A stretch of 64,000 nt of DNA from Chloroflexota bacterium (GCA_005889475.1 VBGT01000051.1:1859-65858), one strand, 5' to 3'. Shown: positions 8,654-17,806, counted from the first letter of the stretch. Notes: generated from the letters alone by a model not told the origin. Numbers and translations: made by a program.

Positions 8654-8830
8654 TCAGCGGCCAAGGGCGCCGACCACGAATAGCGGTATTCCCAGCACGA
8701 CCAGCACGATTCCGATCATGAGCTCGTTGCGCCGCGATACTTGTCCAGTCCCCGCGGGCGCCAAGAAGTAGTGAGCCAGTACAACGACCCCCGTGACCGT
8801 GCAGATGATGCCCGGGCGCAAGTCGGTCAT
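8654..8830 (-). CDS. Small two-TM membrane protein (58 aa), hypothetical
   Basis: Reverse complement: AAGGAGA RBS 9 nt upstream of ATG. MTDLRPGIICTVTGVVVLAHYFLAPAGTGQVSRRNELMIGIVLVVLGIPLFVVGALGR*. Not in the supplied ORF track (under 60 aa). Confidence 0.55.
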   Translation of the reverse strand: MTDLRPGIICTVTGVVVLAHYFLAPAGTGQVSRRNELMIGIVLVVLGIPLFVVGALGR

Positions 8831-8868
8831 TGTCGATGTGTCTCCTTACGTCTGCCGGAGGGTGCCCG

Positions 8869-8952
8869 CTATTCCAGGTACCGCATCGGTGTGACGACGA
8901 AGTCGTCCGGCAGCCTCACGCTAGTTCGGTGATCCGGGCAATACGCTCCCGG
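8869..8952 (-). pseudogene. Second, more diverged orphan fragment of the msrA 3' end (GAYCPDHRTSVRLPDDFVVTPMRYLE*)
   Basis: Reverse-complement translation aligns with the msrA C-terminus ([24 protein letters not shown]). Same orientation as msrA and fragment 1. Confidence 0.6.
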
Positions 8953-9075
8953 GCCTCGGTTCTGGAGGAGTCAGCCTATTGCCGGCTGTCGCTTCGTACT
9001 GGAATCGCGATACAGTGGATCTAAGTGCATCCGCCCGTCACGTCGTATGCCGCGCGGAACCTCGGTGATGGGATC

Positions 9076-10152
9076 ATGACGACGGATCAACGATTTGTGA
9101 CCCCCGACGTCGATGGTCTCGACGAAGGGGCCGCTCGTCGCGTGTTCATGACCGTGTCCTGCCGGGATTCGGATGGCATTCCCAAGGTTGAAGGTGCTGG
9201 CCAGGTCCAGATGCGCGACGGCCACGCCGTTCAGATCATGCACAACGGCCTGCTCATCGAGGAAGGTTGCTACTACGGGCCATGGATGACAGAGATCATC
9301 CGTGGCCTGGCCGGCCACCATGAGCCGCAGGAGGAGCTCGTTTTCGATGCCATCGTCTCCCGACTGGCGAAATCGAACGTCCACCATCCCACGATCCTCG
9401 AGTTCGGCAGTTTCTGGTCCTATTACTCGCTGTGGTTTTGTCGGGCATTGAATGGAGCGCACGCCGTTGCCGTCGAGCCGGATCCGGCGTATCTCGATGT
9501 CGGCAGGCGGAACGCCCAGCTCAACGGGTTGTCCGAAAGTGTCCACTTCCTACACGGTGTTGTAGGGCCACAGCCGGGCGAACCGATGGACTTTCGAACA
9601 GAAAGTAGCCAAGAAGATATTTCCGTCGTGCAGCACGATCTAGCTTCTCTGATGGATCTCGAAGGGCTGTCTCAGGTTGACCTTGCAATGATCGACATCC
9701 AGGGTGCCGAGACGATCCTTCTTGACCGAGCAAGACCGACGCTGATGGCCGGGAAGGTCAGGTTCCTCATCGTTTCCACGCATCATCAGTCGATTTCAGG
9801 TGATCCGCTCACCCATCAGAGAGCCCTCGAGCTGCTCCGGGACTGTGGCGCCCACGTCATTGCAGAGCACACGGTTCGGGAGTCCTACAGCGGGGATGGC
9901 CTGATAGCCGCAACGTTCGACGCAAGCCAGCGCGACTTCACGGTGCCGATCAGCCATGCCAGGGCCAAGGAATCGCTCTTCGGGGAGCCAGAGTATGAGC
10001 TCGATGCGCTCAACCATGAAATCGCCCATCGGGACCGGCTTCTCGCGGCCAGTAGGGCCCAGGTTGACAGGGTTCATCAGTCGAAGTTATGGAGATGGAC
10101 CAGTGGGCCGCGCGCCGCATACGCGCGTTTGCGGAAGTCGGGGCGTCGGTGA
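9076..10152 (+). CDS. FkbM-family methyltransferase, on a visibly lower-GC islet
   Basis: 358 aa. FkbM/Methyltransf_21-like core (ILEFGSFWSYYSLWF...AVEPDPAYLDVGRRNAQLNGL...DLAMIDIQGAE). Codon usage is noticeably more A/T-rich than the flanks. The antisense ORF 8971..9546 is rejected. Confidence 0.7.
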   Translation: MTTDQRFVTPDVDGLDEGAARRVFMTVSCRDSDGIPKVEGAGQVQMRDGHAVQIMHNGLLIEEGCYYGPWMTEIIRGLAGHHEPQEELVFDAIVSRLAKSNVHHPTILEFGSFWSYYSLWFCRALNGAHAVAVEPDPAYLDVGRRNAQLNGLSESVHFLHGVVGPQPGEPMDFRTESSQEDISVVQHDLASLMDLEGLSQVDLAMIDIQGAETILLDRARPTLMAGKVRFLIVSTHHQSISGDPLTHQRALELLRDCGAHVIAEHTVRESYSGDGLIAATFDASQRDFTVPISHARAKESLFGEPEYELDALNHEIAHRDRLLAASRAQVDRVHQSKLWRWTSGPRAAYARLRKSGRR

Positions 10153-10290
10153 CAAGTCATGCGAATGCCACGGAGGCGAGGACGTCAAGTGGCCATTCGC
10201 AGCGTTGTGGGAGTTCGACCTCAACAGCATGGTCTACAGGATGTCGGCAGAGGCCGTGAGGGTCATCAAGGGGGGACTGACCAGCCCCGC

Positions 10291-10326
10291 CAACGAAAAA
10301 GAGCCCGTCCCATGTGGACGGGTCTC
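10291..10326 (-). terminator. Rho-independent terminator of msrA (10-bp stem with one bulge, followed by TTTTT on the minus strand)
   Basis: Plus strand reads aaaaa-gagcccgtcc-catgt-ggacgggtctc. On the minus strand this is a hairpin followed by a U5 run, about 30 nt downstream of the msrA stop. Confidence 0.65.
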
Positions 10327-10353
10327 ATCATGTTCAGCGCTGCTCTGGCCAGG

Positions 10354-11025
10354 CTAGTCGACGTATTGCAGCGGAGTGACCCCGAACTCAGCCGGCAGCT
10401 TCACGCCGGTCCGATGGTTCGGGCAGTAGCCGTTCGGGACCTTCTGGAGGTACTGCTGGTGGTAGTCCTCGGCGAAGTAGAAGTCCGGCGCCGGCGGTCC
10501 GACGATCTCGGTCGTGATGGCGCCGTACCCGGCGGCCGCCAGGCGCTCCTGGTACATCGCCTTCGACGCCTCGGCCGCGGCCCGCTGCGCCTCGTCGCGG
10601 ACGAAGATCGCGGAACGGTACTGGGTCCCGGCGTCGTTGCCCTGGCGCATGCCCTGGGTCGGGTCGTGGTTCTCCCAGAACACCTTCAAGAGCTGCTCGT
10701 AGCTCGTCTTTGACGGATCAAACACGACACGCACCGCCTCGGCATGGCCGGTCTGACCGGTGCACGCCTCCTGGTAGGTCGGGTTCGGGGTGTAGCCACC
10801 CTGATAGCCGACCGCTGTCGTCCAGACCCCGGGCTGCTGCCAGAACGTCTTTTCCTCACCCCAGAAGCAGCCAAGCGCGAACTCGGCGATCTGGAAGCCG
10901 TCGGGGTACGGGCCGGCGATCGGCGTGCCGAGGACCGTGTGGGCCTTCGGGCTCAGGATGGGCTGGCTGCGGCCCGGCAGGGCCTCGGTGGGTGCCGGCA
11001 TCTTGGGCTTCGAGAACAGGAACAT
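10354..11025 (-). CDS. msrA: Peptide-methionine (S)-S-oxide reductase MsrA
   Basis: 223 aa. Active-site GCFWG motif ([16 protein letters not shown]) and typical MsrA core. Confidence 0.92.
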   Translation of the reverse strand: MFLFSKPKMPAPTEALPGRSQPILSPKAHTVLGTPIAGPYPDGFQIAEFALGCFWGEEKTFWQQPGVWTTAVGYQGGYTPNPTYQEACTGQTGHAEAVRVVFDPSKTSYEQLLKVFWENHDPTQGMRQGNDAGTQYRSAIFVRDEAQRAAAEASKAMYQERLAAAGYGAITTEIVGPPAPDFYFAEDYHQQYLQKVPNGYCPNHRTGVKLPAEFGVTPLQYVD

Positions 11026-11097
11026 CAGGCGCGGGACTCCTCGTCCGTGGTTCGTTTGACGAGTCGAATCCTACGTCCGACGCGTGACGCGACGATG

Positions 11098-11616
11098 TCA
11101 GGACGGGCCACGACCGCCGGAACGAGCGAGCGCGCCGATCACCAGGGCACCACCGATGACGATGAGCGCGGCGGGGAAGACCAGCGCCGAGTCGATGTTC
11201 AGGTATCGATCGATCAGGAACCACGCCCCGACCAGCACGAGGATGAGCCCGAAGATCATGGCCCCGTTGCCGCGCCGCTCGTTCCGCGCGGCTCGGCGGG
11301 CGGCTCGCCGGGCGTGCCAGTCCGCGTCGGCGCTCGCGCCGGGCGACGCATCTGCGCTCGTGCCGGCGCCCGTCGCCCCTCCCCCGGGCGTTCCCGCCGC
11401 CATTCCAGCGGCCGCGGCACCCGGGGCGCCGAGCGGCTCCTCGGGGATGACGATCGCGGCGACGATGTACAGCAGGAGCCCGACGCCACCGGCAAGGATC
11501 AGCAGCGCCCAGACGATGCGGACCAGCGACGGGTCGAGGTCGAGCCACTCGGCCATCCCGCCGGCAACTCCGAAGAGCATCCGGTCCGATCGGGACCGGT
11601 ACAGACGTTCACGCAC
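11098..11616 (-). CDS. pspC: PspC domain-containing protein (phage-shock/envelope stress)
   Basis: 172 aa. N-terminal PspC domain (LYRSRSDRMLFGVAGGMAEWLDLDPSLVRIVWALL), a Gly/Ala-rich linker, and a C-terminal TM. Confidence 0.8.
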   Translation of the reverse strand: MRERLYRSRSDRMLFGVAGGMAEWLDLDPSLVRIVWALLILAGGVGLLLYIVAAIVIPEEPLGAPGAAAAGMAAGTPGGGATGAGTSADASPGASADADWHARRAARRAARNERRGNGAMIFGLILVLVGAWFLIDRYLNIDSALVFPAALIVIGGALVIGALARSGGRGPS

Positions 11617-12586
11617 GACAGGTGCCTCCGAATCGAAGCTCGAAGCTGCCCGCGTTCGCGCTCACGTGCAGCTCGGTGTGGGCTTGCTGAGCGTCGAAGC
11701 TCGAGCTCGTCCAGGTCGAGTCGTCGACCCGGTTGAGCCCGGCAGCGCTGAAGTTGTTGGAGCCGAGGGTGCCCGCCCAGGCGACGCGGACCGGCGCTCC
11801 CGACGGCAGGCAGACCGTCAGCGAGCCGGCATTCAGCGAGAGGTTCACGTCGCGCTGGCCGGCGGGCAGGTTCAGGGACGCCGCGCCTGCGTTGACGGTC
11901 GCGTTGACGTCCCCCGCGGTCTCGGTCGCACCGAGGTCGAAGGCCATCTTGCCCGCATTGAGCGTCATGGTCGTCGATGCGATCGAGGCGCCCGAGAGGT
12001 CGACCGTGCCGTCGCCGGCATTGAGCGTCAGGCCGAGGGTGATCGCCGGTGTGCGAGGGATCGAGACGATCCACGCCGATCGGCCCGTGCCCGGGAACCC
12101 GCCGCCGTCATCGGGTTGGATCAGGACGAGCGCCGAGGTGCTGGTCACCTTCGGGCCGCTGCCGTCTCGATCGGAGCCGGTGAGGCTCCACGCCGAGCCC
12201 TCGACAGCGTTCAGGGCCAGCGTGCCGCAGTTGAACTCGAGGTTCACCTGGGCGGCCGCGTCGAGGTTGCCGGTCCGGTCGGCGAAGGCGACGGACGGCG
12301 CATTGCTCGAGCAGCCGGTCGCGATGGGCAGGCCGCCGGCGCCGGTGGCGAGCAGGCCGCCGCCCATGATCCCGAACGTGATCGCGGCCAGGGCGCCGCC
12401 GAGCCACTGGATCGGCGTGTTGCGCAGTAACAGGCCGATGCCCCACGCGATCAATAGCAGCGGCCAGAGCAGCGGCCACTTTCCAACAAGCTCCGCGTCG
12501 AGGAGGTTGGCCCGGACCGCCAGCGGGATGCCGCCGACGAGGATGAAGAACAGGCCCCAGCCGAGGAGCCGCCGATCGATATGCAT
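11609..12586 (-). CDS. LiaF-like / DUF4097 (putative adhesin-fold) membrane protein, cell-envelope stress module partner of PspC
   Basis: Start chosen at the internal ATG (MHIDRRLLGWGLFFILVGG...). Two N-terminal TM helices, then a beta-rich domain with repeated L.LNAG...V.L motifs typical of DUF4097/LiaF C-terminal domains. Its stop lies 2 nt before the pspC start. Confidence 0.6.
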   Translation of the reverse strand: MHIDRRLLGWGLFFILVGGIPLAVRANLLDAELVGKWPLLWPLLLIAWGIGLLLRNTPIQWLGGALAAITFGIMGGGLLATGAGGLPIATGCSSNAPSVAFADRTGNLDAAAQVNLEFNCGTLALNAVEGSAWSLTGSDRDGSGPKVTSTSALVLIQPDDGGGFPGTGRSAWIVSIPRTPAITLGLTLNAGDGTVDLSGASIASTTMTLNAGKMAFDLGATETAGDVNATVNAGAASLNLPAGQRDVNLSLNAGSLTVCLPSGAPVRVAWAGTLGSNNFSAAGLNRVDDSTWTSSSFDAQQAHTELHVSANAGSFELRFGGTCRA

Positions 12587-13011
12587 CTGACGAGCCTCCA
12601 CGCACGCGGGCGATGCTCGGGCTGGTCCAACGATAACGGCGCCCCGAGCGGCCACGACTGCCGGACGGCCATTCCCGGAGGTCCGGGTGGACCGCGCCGG
12701 CGTGGACACGGATGCTAGTCTCCCGGTGGCGTGGGAGGGGAGTGCCGGTGAGCGAGGCAATGCTCGAGCGCCCGATGGGCGGGCCAGAGGCTGGCCTCGG
12801 TGGCGAGGCGGTCCGAGTTGGCGATGCCGTCGTACCGGCTGAGCGCCCCGGTCTCGCCCCGGCGCCGGAAGGCCACGCGGAGCCACCCCGCTCGTACCGG
12901 CAGCACCGCGTCGACCGCGCCCTCGCCGAGCGCCGGCTGCCGCGCGGCGACCTGTCGCCGTTCCAGCGCTCGTTCCGGCACTGGTTCTCGCGCACGGTGT
13001 CGACCCTCGTC

Positions 13012-13707
13012 ATGAAGACCTGGTTCCGGGTCAAGGTCGTCAACGCGGAGCGGTTCCAGTCCGAGCCGGCACTGTACTGCTTCAACCACCTCAGCTGGAT
13101 GGACACGCTGCTCCTGCTGGCGACGTTCCCGAGGCAGCCGCGCCTGTACATGTACGGACCGAAGCAGGCGGACATCCGCAAGGGCGGCAAGAACCGGTTC
13201 ATGTGGTGGACCGGCGTCCCGGTGCCGTTCAGCCCGCTCAAGGACGACATGCTCACGTCGGTTCGGCGAGCGCAGGCCGTGTTCGACTCCGGCGGGGTCC
13301 TGGGAATCGCGCCGGAAGGCGCGATCCATGTGCACGAGGGCGATCTGCTGCCATTCGAAGAGGGCGCCGCGTACCTCGCCCTACGGGCGGGGGTGCCCAT
13401 CGTGCCGGTCGCGATCACGGGCACGTCGTGGGCACGGTTCCGCGGCCAGGTCCTGGTCCGCCTCGGCGAGCCGATCCCGACAGGGGAGCGACCCACGCGG
13501 GAGGTCGTGACGCGCTACTCGGCGACCGCGTGGCACGCAATCCGGGCGATGGTCGATGAAGATCGCGACGAGCCGCCGCCGGGTCGGATCGGGCGCTGGT
13601 TCACCGACGTGTTCAACGACTGGGGCGAGGGCGGCCGCGAGGAGGCATCGCTCAACCGTGGCCCGGATCCCGCCGACGTGCCCTACGGTCCCGCCCGCGC
13701 CGGCTGA
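13012..13707 (+). CDS. plsC: 1-acyl-sn-glycerol-3-phosphate acyltransferase (PlsC family). The true start is possibly up to ~60 nt upstream.
   Basis: HxxxxD acyltransferase motif (CFNHLSWMDTLLL), PEG motif (IAPEGAIHV) and proline box (VPIVPVAITGT). Confidence 0.75.
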   Translation: MKTWFRVKVVNAERFQSEPALYCFNHLSWMDTLLLLATFPRQPRLYMYGPKQADIRKGGKNRFMWWTGVPVPFSPLKDDMLTSVRRAQAVFDSGGVLGIAPEGAIHVHEGDLLPFEEGAAYLALRAGVPIVPVAITGTSWARFRGQVLVRLGEPIPTGERPTREVVTRYSATAWHAIRAMVDEDRDEPPPGRIGRWFTDVFNDWGEGGREEASLNRGPDPADVPYGPARAG

Positions 13708-13732
13708 GGCGCCTCTGGCATACTCGGCCGAG

Positions 13733-14098
13733 ATGAGCGGAACCGGGCTCTCGGCCAATCCCAGGCAGTACAGGAAACGGCTCGCCGAGCAGTCCGACGA
13801 CCAGATCGACACCTGGGCCTCCGAGCTCATGCGCGACGTCGTCATCCGGCGGGGGATCGTCAAGGTTGTCGATGACTTCCGCTCGGCGGCGCGGCTGAGC
13901 GAGGCGGAATTCGAACGGGTGTTCGCTTTCGGCGGCGGCGCGCCGAGGACGCTCGGGCGTGACGTCGCCGGCCGCCTCGTCGTGCCGACGATCAGCCTGT
14001 GGGCGCTCGTTCCCGGGATCCGTGGCCTGGTGCCCGACAGTCGCCGCCGGCTCATCGAGTATCTCGTCGCCAACTTCAACGAGCTCGTCTACGTCTGA
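13733..14098 (+). CDS. Hypothetical protein (121 aa)
   Basis: Strong GC3 codon bias in this frame. The antisense ORF 13381..14079 is rejected. No recognisable domain. Confidence 0.5.
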   Translation: MSGTGLSANPRQYRKRLAEQSDDQIDTWASELMRDVVIRRGIVKVVDDFRSAARLSEAEFERVFAFGGGAPRTLGRDVAGRLVVPTISLWALVPGIRGLVPDSRRRLIEYLVANFNELVYV

Positions 14099-14108
14099 CG
14101 CGACCCGG

Positions 14109-14993
14109 GTGCCGGGTCCGATCCGAACCGCGATCGGACTGATCCGCCTCAGCCATGCCTTTCCGTCGATCGTCAACGCAGCCGCAACGGGCGCGATCGC
14201 GACAGTCGCCGGGGCGGGCCCGGCGACTGCCCTCCGGCTGGCGGTCTCGATGCTCCTGCTGCAGGTGTCGATCGGCGCCGTCAACGACCTCGTCGACCGT
14301 CCTCTCGACCGAGGACAGAAGCCCGCCAAGCCGCTCCCATCGGGCCTGGTCTCAGACGGGCTGGCGCGGGCATGGGCAGGGGTGACTGCCGTCATCGGTC
14401 TCGCGCTGGCACTGCCGTCCGGGCCGACCGCGATCGTGGTGGCGGGCCTGGGTCTCGGCCTTGGGTACGCGTACGACCTGCGGCTTTCGCGAACTGTCCT
14501 GTCCTGGCTTCCCCTCGCCCTGGCCGTGCCCCTCGTCCCGATCTACGCCTGGCTCGGCGCCACGGGCGAACTCCCGCCGGCGTTGGTCGCGTTGGTCCCG
14601 GCGGGGCTCCTCGCCGGAGCGGGCCTCGCCGTCGGCAACGGCCTGGTCGACCTCGAACGCGATGCGCCGGTCGGCAAGGCGACAATCGCCGTCCGGATCG
14701 GGCGGGACCGAGCGTGGGTCGCGCACGCCGGGGCCTTCGCGGTCGCGATCTCGATCGCCGTGCTGCTCGCGCCCGCCTCGAGCACGGTCAACAGCGAGCT
14801 CCTGGGAGTCCTCAGGTGGGCCGGGATCCCTCTCGGGGCAGCCGCGATTGCGGTCGGTGCCGGCCTGCTGGCCGGGCGGCGCGCGAGCTTGCGCGAGCGC
14901 GGTTGGGAGCTCGAGGCGATCGGGACGGCTTCGCTTGGGCTCGGCTGGCTGGCGGGCCTCGCCGCCGCCTCCGGCGGGGGAGTGGGGTTGTGA
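14109..14993 (+). CDS. UbiA-family prenyltransferase (membrane)
   Basis: GTG start just after the upstream stop. Multi-TM. Asp-rich motif AVNDLVDRPLD typical of the UbiA superfamily. Confidence 0.7.
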   Translation: MPGPIRTAIGLIRLSHAFPSIVNAAATGAIATVAGAGPATALRLAVSMLLLQVSIGAVNDLVDRPLDRGQKPAKPLPSGLVSDGLARAWAGVTAVIGLALALPSGPTAIVVAGLGLGLGYAYDLRLSRTVLSWLPLALAVPLVPIYAWLGATGELPPALVALVPAGLLAGAGLAVGNGLVDLERDAPVGKATIAVRIGRDRAWVAHAGAFAVAISIAVLLAPASSTVNSELLGVLRWAGIPLGAAAIAVGAGLLAGRRASLRERGWELEAIGTASLGLGWLAGLAAASGGGVGL

Positions 14994-15111
14994 GCGGCAC
15001 GGTGCAGATCCGGCCCGGACCAAAGTACTGTGGCCTCAACGGCCCCCTAACACCCCCGGCGAATGACCGTTATCTTGCTCGACAGGCACTCGCTCTGGGG
15101 TATTTGCAATC

Positions 15112-15603
15112 GTGTCCAAGCTGATCCTTCGACTCCGCGGCATCCTGATCGCGGTGGCCGCCCTCGCCCTGTCGGCGGGTCTCGCGTTCGGAGCCCAGCC
15201 GGACGGTTCGTGGGGCCTCTCGAACGCGGCGTCCCACGCCGGCAAGACCGTTCCCGTCCAGGCGGCCGACGAGGAGACCGCCGTCGACGAGAACACCGAC
15301 GACACGACTGACGAGACGACCGACGAGACGACCGACGAGACGACCGACGCGAGCACTCCCGGTGACAACTGCGTCACCGACCCGAGTGCCCTCACCCCCG
15401 ACCAGCTCGCCGCGATGAAGCACGGGTCCATCGTCTGCTGGGCAGCCCACCAGACCACGTGGCCGGACTGGTTCTCGAACCACGGGGCATTCGTCTCGTG
15501 CTGGGCGCACACCGGCAAGGCGGACGCACCCTCGTGCACCGTTGCGCCCGCGGCCGCAGCCGCCGCGACCCACGGCAAGGGCAAGAGCCACAAGAACAAG
15601 TAG
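15112..15603 (+). CDS. Secreted hypothetical protein with (TDET)x4 tandem repeat and a Cys/Trp-rich C-terminal domain
   Basis: Signal peptide (LILRLRGILIAVAALALSAGLAFGA). 12-nt tandem repeat acgaccgacgag x4 at about 15305..15352. C-terminal CWAAHQTTWPDWFSNHGAFVSCWAH, with 4 Cys. Confidence 0.6.
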   Translation: MSKLILRLRGILIAVAALALSAGLAFGAQPDGSWGLSNAASHAGKTVPVQAADEETAVDENTDDTTDETTDETTDETTDASTPGDNCVTDPSALTPDQLAAMKHGSIVCWAAHQTTWPDWFSNHGAFVSCWAHTGKADAPSCTVAPAAAAAATHGKGKSHKNK

Positions 15604-15645
15604 CTCCACGCCGGGCGGCTGATCGAGCCGCCAGCACACGAAGAG

Positions 15646-15690
15646 AGCCTCGCCCGGGACAACCCGGCGAGGCTCTTTCGATTCGGCTGC
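15646..15690. terminator. Bidirectional stem-loop between the convergent genes (gagcctcgcccggg...cccggcgaggctc, followed by tttcgatt)
   Basis: Imperfect 13-bp stem with a T-rich tail, between the secreted-protein gene (+) and parB (-). Confidence 0.45.
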
Positions 15691-15741
15691 CGACGACGGG
15701 CGTCGGCGCCGGGCGCCGGCGCCGAGGGTCGGCCGTGGGGC

Positions 15742-16758
15742 CTACATCCCGTCGCTTCGGACGACCGCGATCGCGTTCTCGAGGCGGAGCTTCGCGATGG
15801 TGAGGTACTTGGCGAGATTCGCCCGATCGACGGAACTGATCTCGCGGACGACGTTGGGCGCCCGCAGGACGTCCATGAACGCCTCGACCGCATCGGCCAG
15901 CTGCTGCTTCGCCACGACCAGCGAGTCGTCGGTCAGGCTTCCGCCGATGTCGCGCCGCTTTCCGGTCCAGGCTGCTTCGGCAACGTCCGTCGTCTCGTCG
16001 GGGGCTGCAACCTCGCCTTCCTCTTCGTCGCTGGGGCCCAGCGGGGCAGAGCGGGCCGGTCGACCCTCGATGCGGTCGCGGAGTTTGATCAGTGTCAGCT
16101 CGCCGCGAGCGACCTGGCCTGCGAGCCGCTTGCGCTTCTTCGGGTCGTCGACCTTCAGCAGCTCGTAGGCGTGCGAGAGGGTGTCTTTGCGCAAGGACAC
16201 CAGCTCGCGAATCTCCTCCGGGGCGTCGGCGAGGCGCAGACGGTTCTCGAGATATCCCTTGTCCTTGCCGAGCTTCTGGGCCAGGCGTCGCACCGAATAG
16301 CCATGCTCACGGACCATCCGGTCGTACATCGTTGCTTCTTCGAGCGGGGAGAGGTCCTCGCGCTGCAGGTTCTCGATGATCGAGATCTCCAGCGCGGTGT
16401 CGTCGTCAATTTCCTCGACGAGCGCGGGAATGGTCCCGAGGCCGGCGGCCCTCGATGCCCGCCAGCGACGCTCGCCGGCGATGAGCTGGAACTCGCCACC
16501 TTCCAGTGGGCGGACGAGGATCGGCTGCAGGACTCCGTGCTCGCGGATCGACGCGGCCAGCTCCTCGAGTGAGGTCGCGTCGAGCGCGAGCCGCGGCTGC
16601 TCGGGGTTCGGGCTGATCCGATCCACATCGATGTTCCGGACGCCGCCGCGTGCCCGGCCCTGTCGATCATTGGAAAGCAGGCTGACGATTGCCGGCGAGA
16701 GCTCGCGCTCTTCGGACAGGCGCCGCGCAGCGGCGGCGCGGAAATCAGTTCTGGCCAA
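15742..16758 (-). CDS. parB: Chromosome partitioning protein ParB/Spo0J
   Basis: ParB box motifs (GVLQPILVRP, LIAGERRWRASRAAGL) and HTH. Start proposed at TTG with GGAGG 9 nt upstream, 14 nt inside the parA 3' end. The ORF-track ATG at 16842 would overlap parA by about 100 nt. Confidence 0.85.
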   Translation of the reverse strand: MARTDFRAAAARRLSEERELSPAIVSLLSNDRQGRARGGVRNIDVDRISPNPEQPRLALDATSLEELAASIREHGVLQPILVRPLEGGEFQLIAGERRWRASRAAGLGTIPALVEEIDDDTALEISIIENLQREDLSPLEEATMYDRMVREHGYSVRRLAQKLGKDKGYLENRLRLADAPEEIRELVSLRKDTLSHAYELLKVDDPKKRKRLAGQVARGELTLIKLRDRIEGRPARSAPLGPSDEEEGEVAAPDETTDVAEAAWTGKRRDIGGSLTDDSLVVAKQQLADAVEAFMDVLRAPNVVREISSVDRANLAKYLTIAKLRLENAIAVVRSDGM

Positions 16759-17515
16759 GGTCAACAACCTCCCGCGCGAGCTCGCGGTAGGTGCGAGCCG
16801 CTTCCGAGCCACCGGCGTACGTCGTGATCGGCCGCCCAACAAGCGGTGCCTCGCCGAGCTTCACCGTGTTTCGGATGATCGCGTTGAAGACGTGGTGATC
16901 GCCGACGACCCGAAGCTCATCGAGCATGTCGCGGGCGAGGTTCGTGCGCACATCGAAGAAGGTCGGCAGGAGGCCGAGGATCTTCAGCCTGCGGTTGAGC
17001 TTGAGGCGGATCGTGTTGATTACCTTGACCAGGTTGGTCAGGCCCTTCATCGCGTAGTACTGCGTCTGGACCGGGATGATCACGCCGTCCGCGGCGACGA
17101 GGCCGTTGACGGTCAGCAGTCCAAGGTTCGGCGGGCAGTCGATGAGCGCGTAGTCGTAGCGCTTCCGAAGCCGACCCTCGATCGCGTCACGCAGGAGCGA
17201 CTCGCGGCCGAGCATCGTGAACAGCTCGCCTTCAGTCGCAGCGAGGTCGATGTGCGCCGGTGCGATGTCGATGCCCTCGGTCTCGGTCGGCCGAATGATC
17301 TCGTCGATGGTCGCGCGCCCGACCAGCACGTCGGCCATCGAGATTTCCACGGTGTTCAGGTTGATTCCGAGGCCGGCGGTGAGATTCGCCTGCGGGTCCA
17401 TGTCGATGCACAGGACCCGGAGCCCATCCTCGGTGAGGGCACCGGCCAGGTTGATGGCCGTCGTCGTTTTGCCGACACCGCCCTTCTGATTTGCGATCGC
17501 GATCACGTTTGTCAC
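16745..17515 (-). CDS. parA: Chromosome partitioning ATPase ParA/Soj
   Basis: Deviant Walker A motif KGGVGKTT (IAIANQKGGVGKTTTAINLA). Start proposed at GTG (VTNVIAIAN). The ORF-track ATG at 17590 adds 25 aa. Confidence 0.88.
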   Translation of the reverse strand: MTNVIAIANQKGGVGKTTTAINLAGALTEDGLRVLCIDMDPQANLTAGLGINLNTVEISMADVLVGRATIDEIIRPTETEGIDIAPAHIDLAATEGELFTMLGRESLLRDAIEGRLRKRYDYALIDCPPNLGLLTVNGLVAADGVIIPVQTQYYAMKGLTNLVKVINTIRLKLNRRLKILGLLPTFFDVRTNLARDMLDELRVVGDHHVFNAIIRNTVKLGEAPLVGRPITTYAGGSEAARTYRELAREVVDLGQN

Positions 17516-17659
17516 CGGGGCGTCACCTCGTTTTCTCGCGAAGGCGGTGGTACAGGATTGGCCGGGGCGGGGTGCCGGCAACGAATCCATATGGCCGTGG
17601 CGCAGGCCCGGACGCCGTTCTGGATGCTAGCGCAGCCGGCGACTCGCCGAGCCCTCGAC

Positions 17660-17700
17660 TTATCCACAGGATGCCCGAGTTGTGCACCGAACTGTGGATA
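17660..17700. promoter_or_regulatory. Two convergent DnaA-box-like 9-mers upstream of parA (TTATCCACA and the reverse complement of ATATCCACA)
   Basis: cttatccacagg at 17659..17670 is a perfect consensus TTATCCACA. actgtggatat at 17690..17700 has a reverse complement 8 of 9 nt to consensus. Confidence 0.45.
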
Positions 17701-17787
17701 TGCCGACGGTCGAGCTACACCGGTTTGGCGGCCTTGATGACGGCTACATCCCCCCGACTATCATGATCGCGAGCCTCTCCCCGGCGC

Positions 17788-17806
17788 TGTCCTTGCGCAA
17801 AGACAC
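17788..17806. promoter_or_regulatory. Palindromic operator-like motif tgtccttgcgcaaagacac, 12 nt upstream of the pccB start
   Basis: 19-mer identical to the reverse complement of 16182..16200 (inside parB). Core shared with 19434..19449. Confidence 0.5.

Noticed and set aside
8971-9546. 191-aa minus-strand ORF overlapping the FkbM methyltransferase gene
   Set aside because: The plus-strand frame has a recognisable FkbM domain. The minus ORF's C-terminus merely picks up a possible degenerate third msrA-3' fragment.
10159-10713. 184-aa plus-strand ORF
   Set aside because: Antisense to msrA, which has unambiguous catalytic motifs.
12712-13011. N-terminal 100 codons of track ORF 12712..13707
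   Set aside because: Low-complexity with no homology. The PlsC homology begins near 12950..13012, so the gene was started there instead.
16140-16210. The parB-internal copy of the palindrome as a parS centromere site
   Set aside because: The sequence (GTGTCTTTGCGCAAGGACAC) does not resemble the TGTTNCACGTGAAACA parS consensus. No parS-like site was found in the window by eye.
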